A stretch of 64,000 bases of DNA, taken from assembly GCF_051195135.1 (NCBI RefSeq), contig NZ_JBNTKA010000002.1, forward strand, positions 831,298-895,297. The letters run 5' to 3'. This stretch comes from Halobaculum sp. D14. GTDB taxonomy: Archaea > Halobacteriota > Halobacteria > Halobacteriales > Haloferacaceae. Each line of letters opens with the position of its first letter. The stretch's first letter is position 1. The position numbers and the translations under genes were made by a program. Shown piece by piece: positions 28,193 to 37,760 of this stretch. The notes below the pieces were generated by a model. It worked only from the letters and a program-made list of their open reading frames with translations, had not been told where the DNA came from and searched no databases.

Positions 28193-30253
28193 TCAGTCGT
28201 CGCCCGACGGCTCGAGTTCGGCGGCGTCGACGTCCTCGTCGAACTCCTCGGTTTCGTCGACGGCGGCGGTGAGCGAGACGTTCAGGCCGAGCATCGACGC
28301 GACGCCGCCGACGACCGTGACGGCGTTCTTGACGGCGTGGTCGAGGACGGCTGCGGCGAACGCGACGGGCGCGGCGACGCCGCCGAGCGCGACGACGAAC
28401 GCCGTGAACGCGGCCTCGTACAGGCCGATTCCGCCGGGCGTGAGCGGCAGCACCTTCGCGAGGTTGCCGACGGAGACGGCGAAGAAGCCGACGGCGACGA
28501 GCTGCACCGTAGTCATCGCGGCCGCGGCGTCGGGGAACGCGGCGAGCACGAGCAGCGCGGTGACGACGTCGAGCGTCCAGACGACGACGCTGGCGCCGCC
28601 GACGCGGAGGAACGAGCCGCGGCGGCCGGCGACGGTCTGGACGCCGGCAACGAACTCCTCGACGACGCCGACGACGTAGTCGACGTACGAGTCCGAGGAG
28701 AACCGGGAGACGACGTCGCGGACGAAGTTCCGGTCCGTGCGGGCGGAGGCGACGATGACCAGCAGGCCGACCGCGGCGGCGACGCCGACCGCGGCGGCGA
28801 CCCGGACGGCGGTGCGGACCGCGCCGGGGGTCACGACGCCGCCGCCGGCGACGTTCCCGGAGACCGCGGCCGCGAGGTCGCCGGCACCGCCGGTGACGAG
28901 CAGCCCGACGAGCACGGCGCCGGCCATCCCGGTGATGGTGAGCAGGTCGAACACCCGTTCGGCGGCGAGCGACGCGAACCCGGTCGGGTACGGGATGCCG
29001 CGGCGCGCCTTCACGACGTACGCGCGGACCGCGTCGCCGGCGCGCGCCGGGAACACGAGGTTCCCGGTCTGGCTGATGAAGACGGCGCCGGTGAGAAACA
29101 CGGCGGACTCGCGGTAGCCGAGCTCCGAGAGGATGTCGCGGTACCGGAGTCCGCGGAGCGGCCACGAGACGGCGTACACGACCGCCGCCGCCGCGACCAG
29201 CGTCAGGTCGGCGTCGCGGAACGCCGCGAGCACGTCCGACGGGTCGAGATACAGCGTCATCAGCGCGAGCGCGACGAGCGTCAGCGCGATGCCGGCGCCG
29301 ACGGTGCGCCGCCGCGTGATGCGCGGCGACACCGACAGCTGCCACCACAGCCGCAGAATCTGACTGCCCATCCCGAAGACGTCGCGGACGAGGTCGACCT
29401 TCGAGTCGCCCTTCGGCGTCCAGTCGACCGCGAACTCCTCGACGTCGAGGCCGGTGCGCTGGGCGCGCACCAGCAGTTCGGTGTCCCAGAACCAGTGGTC
29501 GTCTTCGACGTCGTCTTTCAGCTGCTCGAACGCCTCGCGAGACAGCGCCTTGAAGCCGCACTGGTGGTCGCGCAGGTCGGACCGCAGCACGGTCCGCACG
29601 AGGAGGTTGTAGCCGCGCGACGGGACGCCGCGTTTCGCGGGGCGGTCGGCGACGTTCTCCGGCATCCACCGCGACCCGGTGGCGACGTCCGCGCCGCCGC
29701 GGACCCGGTCCACCAGCTCCTCCAGGTGTTTCAGGTCTGTCGCGAGGTCCGTGTCGAAGTAGACCAGTACGTCGCCGGCGGCCCGCTCGAACGCGAACTC
29801 CAGCGCGCCGCCGCGGCCGAGCCGCCGGTCGCTGTGGAAGTGCTTGACGCGGCTGTCCTCGTCGGCCAGGCGGTCCGCAATTTCGGGCGTCCGGTCTTCG
29901 CAGCCGTCCTCGGCGACGATGACCTCGAAGTCGTCGTCCGCGAGGAACGACGACAGCGTCTCGACGGTCCGCCGAACCGTCTCCTCGATGGTGGCCTCCT
30001 CGTTGTAAGCCGGCAGGACGACGCTGACCGAGACGGCGCCCGTTGCCGCGTCGGACCCACCGACCCCCGCGGCGCCCGTTGCCGCGTCGGACCCACCGAC
30101 CCCCGCGGCGCCCGTTGCCGCGTCGGACCCACCGACCCCCGCGGCGCCCGTTGCCGCGTCGGACCCACTGACTCCGGTGGGGTCGTCGTCCTCGCCGCGC
30201 GTCCGACTCATTAGCCCAAACAGGCCGTCCGCCGCGTAAGTACCTTCTGTCAT
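28193..30253 (-). CDS. family-2 glycosyltransferase (dolichyl-phosphate hexosyltransferase-like) fused to a flippase-like multi-TM domain (LPG synthase TM region type), AglD/AglJ-like
   Basis: GT2 core VSVVLPAYNEE...AEDGCEDRT...YFDTDL, followed by a C-terminal half with at least eight TM helices; an N-terminal 12-aa x4 repeat; the start is ATG 30253 or GTG 30280. Confidence 0.75.
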   Translation of the reverse strand: MTEGTYAADGLFGLMSRTRGEDDDPTGVSGSDAATGAAGVGGSDAATGAAGVGGSDAATGAAGVGGSDAATGAVSVSVVLPAYNEEATIEETVRRTVETLSSFLADDDFEVIVAEDGCEDRTPEIADRLADEDSRVKHFHSDRRLGRGGALEFAFERAAGDVLVYFDTDLATDLKHLEELVDRVRGGADVATGSRWMPENVADRPAKRGVPSRGYNLLVRTVLRSDLRDHQCGFKALSREAFEQLKDDVEDDHWFWDTELLVRAQRTGLDVEEFAVDWTPKGDSKVDLVRDVFGMGSQILRLWWQLSVSPRITRRRTVGAGIALTLVALALMTLYLDPSDVLAAFRDADLTLVAAAAVVYAVSWPLRGLRYRDILSELGYRESAVFLTGAVFISQTGNLVFPARAGDAVRAYVVKARRGIPYPTGFASLAAERVFDLLTITGMAGAVLVGLLVTGGAGDLAAAVSGNVAGGGVVTPGAVRTAVRVAAAVGVAAAVGLLVIVASARTDRNFVRDVVSRFSSDSYVDYVVGVVEEFVAGVQTVAGRRGSFLRVGGASVVVWTLDVVTALLVLAAFPDAAAAMTTVQLVAVGFFAVSVGNLAKVLPLTPGGIGLYEAAFTAFVVALGGVAAPVAFAAAVLDHAVKNAVTVVGGVASMLGLNVSLTAAVDETEEFDEDVDAAELEPSGDD
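30037..30180. repeat. four tandem copies of a 36-nt unit inside the GT2 fusion gene
   Basis: The unit ggcgcccgttgccgcgtcggacccaccgacccccgc occurs four times; the first three are identical and the fourth is degenerate. It encodes (GVGGSDAATGAA)4. Confidence 0.9.
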
Positions 30254-30430
30254 CGGGCAGTCGCCGTACTCCACGGACACCCGGAGGCGACGCGGCGTGT
30301 TTGACGACTGTACCCCCGCGGAAGCCCCAGGCCCGCCCCGCGCCGACGAACACCGCGAAAACCGCGGGACGGCGGCGTGTTAACTCGGTGTACCAAACCC
30401 CCTATATCGGTGAGGCGCCTCCGAACGAGT

Positions 30431-30712
30431 ATGAGCGCCATCGGAGTTTCGGACGTCGTCGACGCGGACGCGGCAGACGCAGCGGTCGACGCCGCGGCGA
30501 ACCTGAACGACAAGCAGGTCCGCATCCTCGGCTACCTCCGCGACAACGTCGGCCAGCAGACGTACTTCAAGTCCCGGCTCATCGCCGAGGACCTCGGCAT
30601 GACCGCGAAGGAGGTCGGCGCGAACATGACTGCCATCTGCGAGAGCGACGTCGACGTCGACGTCGAAAAGTGGGGGTACAGCTCCGGCACCACTTGGATG
30701 GTGACGGCGTGA
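30431..30712 (+). CDS. hypothetical small protein (93 aa)
   Basis: ATG at 30431 after an Arg-rich extension; acidic. Confidence 0.5.
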   Translation: MSAIGVSDVVDADAADAAVDAAANLNDKQVRILGYLRDNVGQQTYFKSRLIAEDLGMTAKEVGANMTAICESDVDVDVEKWGYSSGTTWMVTA

Positions 30713-30716
30713 GCCG

Positions 30717-31370
30717 CTACCGGTCGTAGCTGATGAACTGCGCGGCGTCGTCCGCGAACGCCACGGCGTCCGCGCCGAACGAGTCCGCATAGCGCACGAC
30801 CAGCGAAATCACGGTCTCCGGCTGAACGACCCGGTAGCCGTCGTTGCGGTCGAGCAGCCCCGCCGCGTCCAGTTCGCCGACGTAGTTCGAGACGGTCGCC
30901 CGCGACACGTCGAGCGCGCGCGCCACGTCGGCGCCGGAGGCCGACGGGTCGCGGAGCAGTTCGAGCAGCAGGCCGCGGGCGGTGTCGCGGCGGAGGTAGC
31001 CGAGCGCGCGCTTCTCGAAGCCCGTGAACCGGTCGGCCGGGTAGAACCGCCGGTAGTCGCCGTCCTTGAACGACGACACCTCGCCGTCGGACTCCAGCCG
31101 CCGGAGGTGGTGTTGGGCCTCGCCGGTCCCGAGTTTCAGGTCGTCGCGGAGCTTCGAGAAGTGCGCGCCGGGCGTCGTCGAGAGGTAGCCGCGGATGGCG
31201 TCCCTGACCGCCGAGTCGTCCCCGTCGTCGGCGGCGGCCCGGCCGCTCGCCACCAGCGGCGTCGCCGCACCGAGCGCCGCGAACCGGCGGAGCGTCGCGC
31301 GCTTGTCCGCGTCCACCTCGCGTGTCACAGCCTCACGTAGCGATGTGCGAGAGAAAAGGGTTCCGTTCAC
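30717..31370 (-). CDS. tandem winged-helix DNA-binding protein (putative regulator) with an N-terminal Tat-like RRF motif; GTG start
   Basis: Two wHTH-like segments: HFSKLRDDLKLGTGEAQHHLRRLESDGEV and ADVARALDVSRATVSNYVGELDAAGLL. Confidence 0.55.
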   Translation of the reverse strand: MNGTLFSRTSLREAVTREVDADKRATLRRFAALGAATPLVASGRAAADDGDDSAVRDAIRGYLSTTPGAHFSKLRDDLKLGTGEAQHHLRRLESDGEVSSFKDGDYRRFYPADRFTGFEKRALGYLRRDTARGLLLELLRDPSASGADVARALDVSRATVSNYVGELDAAGLLDRNDGYRVVQPETVISLVVRYADSFGADAVAFADDAAQFISYDR

Positions 31371-31405
31371 GCGACCCGCCGAACCGCGGAGGCCCGGCGT
31401 CAGCC

Positions 31406-32596
31406 CTACTCCGTCTCGGTTTCCGTCTCCGCGTCGTCGTCGCCGCCGGTGCTGCCGTCGACGACCTCGTCGGCTGACTTGATGTCGCGTTTGTCCTCGG
31501 CGTCCGCGCTCGCGATGACCTCGTCGGCGGACTTGATGTCCTCCGTGATGTCGCCAGACTTCACGGCCTCGGCCTCCTGTTCGAGCTGCTCGGTGTCCAT
31601 CTCGGCCGCCTCGTCTATCTGGCCGAGAATCTCCTCGATGTCGTCGAGCCCGAGCATCTCGCGGGTCTCCTCGTCGAACTCCAGCGAGTCGAGCCCCTCG
31701 GACTCCTGGACGTCGCTGCCGGTGAGCTGCTTGCCGTACCGGCCGACGAGGCTGGTGAGCTCCTGGGGCAGCACGAACGTCGTGGACTCGCCGTGCCCGA
31801 TGCTTTCGAGCGTCTCCATCCCCTTCTCGATGATGGCGCGCTCACCCATCGACTCGGCGGACTTCGCGCGCAGCACCGTCGAAATCGCGTCGCCCTGCGC
31901 CTCCAGAATCTGGCTCTGCTTTTCACCCTGCGCGCGGATGATGTTCGACTGCTTCTCCCCTTCGGCGGACTCGACGGCGGAGCGGCGCTCCCCCTGCGCC
32001 TCCAGAATCATGGCGCGGCGGCGGCGCTCCGCGGACGTCTGCTGCTCCATCGCCTGCTGGACGTCCTGGCTCGGATTGACCTCCCGGACCTCGACGCTCT
32101 CCACGCGAATCCCCCACTCGTCGGTCGGCTCGTCGAGCTCCTTCCGGATGCGGGCGTTGATCTCCTGGCGCTTGTTCAGCGTGTCGTCGAGCTCCATGTC
32201 GCCGAGCACCGCGCGCAGCGTCGTCTGCGCGAGGTTCGACACCGCGGTCTTGTAGTCTTCGACCTCCAGGAACGCCTTCTTCGCGTCCATCACCTTGATG
32301 TAGACGACGGCGTCGGCCGTCACCGGCGAGTTGTCGCGGGTGATGGCCTCCTGCCGCGGCACGTCGAGCGTCTGCGTCCGCATGTCGAACGTGTACGTCC
32401 GCGAGACGAACGGCGGCACGATGTTGATGCCCGGTTCGAGCAGCTTCCGGTACTCGCCGAACACCGTCAGCGCCTTCTTCTCGTAGGCGTCGACGATGAC
32501 GATTGCCTGATACACCGCGACGATGACCACCAGCAGGAACAGCAGTCCGACCAGCGCCGCCCCGAGTTCGGCGGCCTGGAGTGGTACGGGAACCAT
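31406..32596 (-). CDS. SPFH/band-7 (stomatin/prohibitin-like) protein
   Basis: N-terminal TM helix followed by a band-7 domain (VDAYEKKALTVFGEY...RTQTLDVPRQEAITRDNSPVTADAVVYIKV). Confidence 0.9.
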   Translation of the reverse strand: MVPVPLQAAELGAALVGLLFLLVVIVAVYQAIVIVDAYEKKALTVFGEYRKLLEPGINIVPPFVSRTYTFDMRTQTLDVPRQEAITRDNSPVTADAVVYIKVMDAKKAFLEVEDYKTAVSNLAQTTLRAVLGDMELDDTLNKRQEINARIRKELDEPTDEWGIRVESVEVREVNPSQDVQQAMEQQTSAERRRRAMILEAQGERRSAVESAEGEKQSNIIRAQGEKQSQILEAQGDAISTVLRAKSAESMGERAIIEKGMETLESIGHGESTTFVLPQELTSLVGRYGKQLTGSDVQESEGLDSLEFDEETREMLGLDDIEEILGQIDEAAEMDTEQLEQEAEAVKSGDITEDIKSADEVIASADAEDKRDIKSADEVVDGSTGGDDDAETETETE

Positions 32597-32664
32597 GCGT
32601 ACGACGTTCAGCGCTCACGGCTTAAGCGTTCGGTCGGTGATAGGAAGCGGCCGGGCGCCGGCGG

Positions 32665-33411
32665 CTACTCGCGCTCCAGTTCCCGCTCCGCGTCGACGTC
32701 GTTGTGCGCCGCGCTGTCGCTGTCCGCGTCGGCGTTGCTGTCCGCGTCAGTGTCGCTGTCCGCGTCGGCGTTGCCGTCCGCGTCGACGTCGTTCTCCGCG
32801 TCGGCGTCGCCCTCCGCGTCGGAGTCGCGGTCGCCGTCGCGTTCCTCGTCGCGGCGGCTTCGTTCCCGTGCGAGTTCGCGGTCGATGTCGTCGACGCCGC
32901 CGGCGAGCGACTCCACGGTGACGACGTTACCGCCGCCGGGGTCGACGACCATCACCTCCTCGCCCTCCGGGATTTCGCCGTCGACGCTGCGGGCGGAGTA
33001 GTACGGGCTGAAGCCGCCGTCGTCGAGTTTCACCTGGCCGCCGGTCGGCGTGACGGTCTCGGTGACCCGGCCGGTCGCTCCCCGCAGCGACCCCGAATCC
33101 GACGTCTGCGCCTGCCCCTTCCCGCCGTAGACGTCGAGTTCGCGGTAGCCGTAGAAGGCGAGCGCGCCGAACACGAGCACCAGCAGGCCGAGCACGAACG
33201 GCCCGGCGACCGGGCCGAGCAGCAGCCCGACGAGGCCGGCGGCGAGCAGCGCGACGCCGACGACGACGAGGTGTGCGCCCGGCGCCAGCGCCTCCAGGAT
33301 GGAGACGACGAGTCCGGCGGCGACGAGGAGCAGCGGCAGCGTTTCGGGGCCGAGCGGGCCGCTCTGCAGCAGCGTTCCGGCGACGGCGGCGAGCGGCGAC
33401 TGGTCAGCCAT
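32665..33411 (-). CDS. NfeD family membrane protein
   Basis: N-terminal TM helices plus a C-terminal OB-fold (GRVTETVTPTGGQVKLD); adjacent to the stomatin gene. Confidence 0.8.
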   Translation of the reverse strand: MADQSPLAAVAGTLLQSGPLGPETLPLLLVAAGLVVSILEALAPGAHLVVVGVALLAAGLVGLLLGPVAGPFVLGLLVLVFGALAFYGYRELDVYGGKGQAQTSDSGSLRGATGRVTETVTPTGGQVKLDDGGFSPYYSARSVDGEIPEGEEVMVVDPGGGNVVTVESLAGGVDDIDRELARERSRRDEERDGDRDSDAEGDADAENDVDADGNADADSDTDADSNADADSDSAAHNDVDAERELERE

Positions 33412-33432
33412 ACCCGGCGTTGGGGGGACCGG

Positions 33433-33627
33433 CTACAAAAGCGTGGCCGACGCGAACAGCAGCAGCGTGCCGAGCACGCCGACCGCGACGAACACGGCGT
33501 TCTCCGCGCTGATGGACTCCGGCTCTATCGGCTCCGGCTCCCGGCCGACGATGCCGTTCTCGCCGACGTCTTCCACCGAGAACCGCCAGTCGCCGTCGTC
33601 GTCGCGGTCGTCGCGGCGTTCACTCAT
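33433..33627 (-). CDS. hypothetical small membrane protein (64 aa)
   Basis: Acidic N-terminus with a single C-terminal TM helix. Confidence 0.4.
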   Translation of the reverse strand: MSERRDDRDDDGDWRFSVEDVGENGIVGREPEPIEPESISAENAVFVAVGVLGTLLLFASATLL

Positions 33628-33762
33628 GGCAGAGTCTTGCGCGGCGACCGGTAAAGACGTGTCGGGGAGCGGAACGGAGGGACTGCGCGGCGGTCGGGAG
33701 GTGTGCGGCGGGTGGCCGCGCGGCGGTCGGGGGACGGCGGCTCCGTCTGCCTGGCTGGCGGT

Positions 33763-35520
33763 TCAGCGTTTCCGGGCGGCGGTCGTCACGTCGCCCTCGT
33801 AGACGACGCCGCGCTCGGCGTCGAGCGTGACGACGGTTCCGTCGGCGAGGTCGTCCGGAAGCGGGGCGCCCGACACCATCGGGACGCCGACTTCGCGGGC
33901 GACGACGGCGGGGTAGCCGGTCATGCCGCTGCGGGCGTCGACGATGCCGCCGAGTTTCGACGTGTCGCCGCGGAACTCGGCGTCGAAGCCGCTCGGAAGG
34001 TAGGCGATGCCGCCGGCCGGGAACTCCGTGAGGTCGCCGTCGTCGACGCGGACGAGCGGGCCGGCCGCGCGGCCGCCGACGACGTGCCGGCCGGTCGCGA
34101 CGGTTTCGGCGGCGACGTGGAGTTTCAGCGTGTTCGTCGTGTTCGTCCCCTCCAGTTCCGTCATCATGCCGGAGAGCACGACGAGCGTGTCGCCGGAGTC
34201 GGCGGCGCCGGTTTCGAGCGCAGCGGAGACGGCGTTGTCCATCACCTGCTCCATGCCGGCGGCGTAGTCGGCGTACACCGACTGGACGCCCCACGACAGC
34301 GCGAGCTGCCGGCGGACCCGGTCGCTCGGCGTCGTCGCGACGACGGGGACGGCCGGCCGGAACTTCGCGGTCTTCCGCGCCGTGTAGCCGGATTCGCTGG
34401 CGGCGACCACCGCGGCGGCGTCGGTGTCGCGGGCGAGGTAGCGCGCAGAGCGGGCGAGCGCCTCGGTCCGGGAGTCCTCGTCGGCGAACGGGACGCGGCT
34501 CTCGCGGGTCTCGTCGTACTCGTCGCTGTTCTCGACCTGTCGGACGATGCGGTCCATCGTCTCGACGACGCGGACCGGGTGGTCACCGACCGCGGTTTCC
34601 CCGGAGAGCATGACGGCGTCCGTCCCGTCGAGCACCGCGTTCGCGACGTCCGAGGCCTCCGCGCGGGTCGGGCGTCGGGCGCGCACCATCGAGTCGAGCA
34701 TCTCGGTCGCCGTGATGACGGGCGTCCCGGTCTCGACGCAGGTCCGGATGATGCGTTTTTGAATCATCGGGACGTCCTCCAGCGGGCACTCGACGCCGAG
34801 GTCGCCGCGGGCGACCATGACGCCGTAGGCGGCGTCGACGATGCCGTCGAGGTTCTCGACGGCGCCGGCGCGCTCGATTTTCGCGACGATGGGGATGTCG
34901 CCGGCGTCGCGCGCCTCCAGCGCGTCCGCGACGGCGTAGACGTCCTCGGCGTCCCGGACGAACGACGCGGCGACGAAGTCGACGTGTTTCTCGGCGGCGA
35001 GGTCGAGTTCGGCCTCGTCGGCGTCCGTGATGGTGTCGAGGCCGAGGTCGACGCCGGGGATGTTGACGCCCTTCCGGGAGCCGAGTTCGCCGCCGGAGTT
35101 GACGTGCGCGACGACGCCGTCGTCGGTGACTTCTCGGACGGTGGCTTCGATGCGGCCGTCGTCGAGCAGCACGGTGTCGCCGGGGCCCGCGGCGTCGATG
35201 GCGTGGCTGACGCCGACGCGGTCCGGCGTGGCGGTGTCGGCCTCGACGAAGACGACCTCGGAGTCGGTTTCGAGCCGGATCGGCTCGTCGATTTCGGCGG
35301 TGCGGACCTCCGGCCCCTGCAGGTCGAGCATCGCGGCCAGCGGGCGGTCCGAGGCGTCGTCGACGGCGCTGATGCGGTCGATGACGTCGCCGCGGTGGTC
35401 GGTGTCGCCGTGGCTGGCGTTCAACCGTGCGACAGACATGCCGGCGTCGGCCAGCGACCGAATCGCGTCGCGGTCGTCGGAGGCGGGGCCGAGCGTACAG
35501 ACGATTTTCGCTCGTCGCAT
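33763..35520 (-). CDS. pyk: pyruvate kinase with a C-terminal PEP-utilizer-like mobile domain
   Basis: Pyruvate kinase barrel MRRAKIVCTLGPAS, MVARGDLGVE; extra C-terminal domain of about 110 aa (GGIVDARSGMTGYPAVVAREVGVPMV). Confidence 0.9.
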   Translation of the reverse strand: MRRAKIVCTLGPASDDRDAIRSLADAGMSVARLNASHGDTDHRGDVIDRISAVDDASDRPLAAMLDLQGPEVRTAEIDEPIRLETDSEVVFVEADTATPDRVGVSHAIDAAGPGDTVLLDDGRIEATVREVTDDGVVAHVNSGGELGSRKGVNIPGVDLGLDTITDADEAELDLAAEKHVDFVAASFVRDAEDVYAVADALEARDAGDIPIVAKIERAGAVENLDGIVDAAYGVMVARGDLGVECPLEDVPMIQKRIIRTCVETGTPVITATEMLDSMVRARRPTRAEASDVANAVLDGTDAVMLSGETAVGDHPVRVVETMDRIVRQVENSDEYDETRESRVPFADEDSRTEALARSARYLARDTDAAAVVAASESGYTARKTAKFRPAVPVVATTPSDRVRRQLALSWGVQSVYADYAAGMEQVMDNAVSAALETGAADSGDTLVVLSGMMTELEGTNTTNTLKLHVAAETVATGRHVVGGRAAGPLVRVDDGDLTEFPAGGIAYLPSGFDAEFRGDTSKLGGIVDARSGMTGYPAVVAREVGVPMVSGAPLPDDLADGTVVTLDAERGVVYEGDVTTAARKR

Positions 35521-35613
35521 TCTTGGCGGGACCTTCCCGCCGCGCCGCCTTAAAGGTGCGACGACTGGACTCGGAACCGAGTGAATCGAGGAGCGTCGAG
35601 GAACCCGGCCCGG

Positions 35614-36813
35614 TTACTTCTCGATGATGGACTCCTCGACGGCTTCGCCGAAGTGGCGCGCGACGTCCTCGTAGTAGACGAGCACCTCGTCGCCTTCGGC
35701 GAGGTCGGTGACGGCCTTCCGGCCCGTCTCGGTGGCGACTTTCACGGTTTCGGCGTTCTGGATGAGCGTCTCGATGCGGTCGACGCCGTCGGCGGTTTCG
35801 ACTTCGGCCTGCACCCGGAACATCGGGCGCTTCTCGATTTTCACGCGGCCGACGATGGCCTCGCGGGTCTTCCCGTTCGTGTCGGCGACCTGGACCTCGT
35901 CGCCGGACTGGAGCTCCGAGAGGTACTTGGTGCCGCCGTCGGGGGTGCGGACGTAGGCGTGGACGGCGCCGGCGTTCACGCGGAACGGCCGGGAGGCGAC
36001 GTACGGCGAGTCCGCGGTTTCGGCGTGCACGAAGAACAGGCCGCGGCTCATCGACCCGACCAGCATCCCTTCGTCGTGGTCCATGATGCTGCCGGTGTCG
36101 ACGCAGACGCGGTCGGCGGAGCCGGTCCGTTCGACGGCGGTGACGGTGGCGTACCGAAGGTCGAGCGTCTCGCGTTCGGCCTCGTCGCGGACGTCGACGG
36201 TCGACCGGATCTCGTCGGGGTCGTCGGTGTCGAGCAGGACGCCCTCGGCGCCGTGTTCGAGCGTCTCGAAGGCGGTGCGGGCCTCCTCGGCGGCGGTGAC
36301 GCCGGCGATGAGCGTGGTGTCCTCGCCGATGCGGGCGATGAGGTTCTCCAGCGGGATTATCTGCCAGTTCTCGCCGACCGTGATGAGGAAGTCGGCGTCG
36401 CGGGCGGCCTCCTCGGCGAACGCCTCGTAGTCCTCGTCGAAGATGCGGACGTACGCGCCCTGCGCGCGGTTGTCGTCGCGGCGGAGCGTCGTCAGGTCGG
36501 CGGAGCCGGAGAAGTCGGAGGGGAGGTCGACGGTGCCGTCGCCTTCGCCGTCCTTCCCGACGATGTAGGCGTCGGCGGTGGCGTCGTCGCCGGGTTCGCC
36601 GTCTTCCGCTTCGCCGATGACGTCGACGTCGGCGTCGGAGCGGAACGCCGCGACGTTGACGTCGCCGAGTTCGCGGACCTTCGCGACGTCGCGCTCGTCG
36701 ACGAGCACCCAGTCGACGCCGGCTTCGAGGCCGGCGGTGATTCGTCGCTTTCGCTGCTCCCAGTCGCCTACGCCGTCGTCGGCACGAAGCCAGACGCTCC
36801 GCTTTCCTGTCAT
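35614..36813 (-). CDS. aroB': 3-dehydroquinate synthase II (archaeal, ADH-dependent)
   Basis: 399 aa with the length and conserved blocks of archaeal DHQ synthase II (VWLRADDG..., GVLLDTDDP); next to ADH synthase. Confidence 0.8.
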   Translation of the reverse strand: MTGKRSVWLRADDGVGDWEQRKRRITAGLEAGVDWVLVDERDVAKVRELGDVNVAAFRSDADVDVIGEAEDGEPGDDATADAYIVGKDGEGDGTVDLPSDFSGSADLTTLRRDDNRAQGAYVRIFDEDYEAFAEEAARDADFLITVGENWQIIPLENLIARIGEDTTLIAGVTAAEEARTAFETLEHGAEGVLLDTDDPDEIRSTVDVRDEAERETLDLRYATVTAVERTGSADRVCVDTGSIMDHDEGMLVGSMSRGLFFVHAETADSPYVASRPFRVNAGAVHAYVRTPDGGTKYLSELQSGDEVQVADTNGKTREAIVGRVKIEKRPMFRVQAEVETADGVDRIETLIQNAETVKVATETGRKAVTDLAEGDEVLVYYEDVARHFGEAVEESIIEK

Positions 36814-36971
36814 TGTGCCACCTCACACGTGGTGTGCGCTTCAAGTTGGCGGATACGTCAACGCCGCGCGGTAGCGGTGCGGCCGCGGTGCTGCGGCGGT
36901 GCTGAGACGGGGCGGTACTGTGGGCGTCGGTACTGCGCGGCGGTGCTGCGGCGGGGAGGTACTGTGGCGGC

Positions 36972-37760
36972 TTACAGCACCTGCCAGCCGCCGTCGACGT
37001 ACAGCATCGCGCCGGTGACGTAGCCGGCGTCGTCGCTGGCGAGGAACAGCGTCGGCCCGCCGATGTCTTCGGGGAGGCCGGCGCGGTCGAGCGGCACCGG
37101 CTTGATGAAGTCGCCTTCGCGGGCGCCTTCGATGGCGCCTTCGGTCCAGCCCTCGAAGAACTCGGTCGCGATCTGGCCGGGCGCGACGGCGTTCACGCGG
37201 ATGTCGTACTCGGCGAGTTCGAGGGCGGCGCCGCGGGTCAGCATTCGGATGGCGCCTTTCGAGGCGTCGTAGTGCACCTGGTCGTGTTGGGCGTGGCTGG
37301 CGCTGATGGAGGCGATGTTGACGATGGACCCGGGCTGGTTCCGTTCGACCATGTCGCGGGCGGCGGCCTGCAGCGCCGTGAAGTAGCCGCGGACGTTCAC
37401 CGACAGCAGCCGGTCGAGTTCGTCCGGCTCCAGTTCCAGCAGCGGCTCGGAGAAGTAGATGGCGGCGTTGTTGACGAGGACGTCGACGCCGCCGAACTCG
37501 CGGGCGCCGCGGACGACGGACTCGACCTGTTCGGGGTCGGAGACGTCGGTTTCGACGAACTCGGCGCGGCCGCCGGCCGCCTCGATGCGTTCGTGCGTCG
37601 GCGTCGTCTCGTTTTCGTCTTTCGGCGTCTCGCGCTCGTCGGCGTTCACGACGACGGCGCCGGCGTCGCCGAACCGCTCCGCGATTGCGCGGCCGATGCC
37701 GGAGCTGCCGCCGGTCACGACGACCGTCTCGTCCGTGAAGTCGTACGTCGCGTCTCCCAT
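36972..37760 (-). CDS. SDR family oxidoreductase
   Basis: TGGSSGIGRA cofactor motif, NNAAI, catalytic YDASK. Confidence 0.9.
   Translation of the reverse strand: MGDATYDFTDETVVVTGGSSGIGRAIAERFGDAGAVVVNADERETPKDENETTPTHERIEAAGGRAEFVETDVSDPEQVESVVRGAREFGGVDVLVNNAAIYFSEPLLELEPDELDRLLSVNVRGYFTALQAAARDMVERNQPGSIVNIASISASHAQHDQVHYDASKGAIRMLTRGAALELAEYDIRVNAVAPGQIATEFFEGWTEGAIEGAREGDFIKPVPLDRAGLPEDIGGPTLFLASDDAGYVTGAMLYVDGGWQVL

Noticed and set aside
28068-30353. 761-aa Arg-rich ORF on the minus strand overlapping the GT2 gene
   Set aside because: It is an alternative frame of the same region with RRRRG-type composition. The GT2/TM frame carries clear motifs.
34583-36844. 753-aa Arg-rich minus ORF across the pyk and aroB' region
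   Set aside because: Out-of-frame artefact of a high-GC sequence; the real genes are pyk and aroB'.
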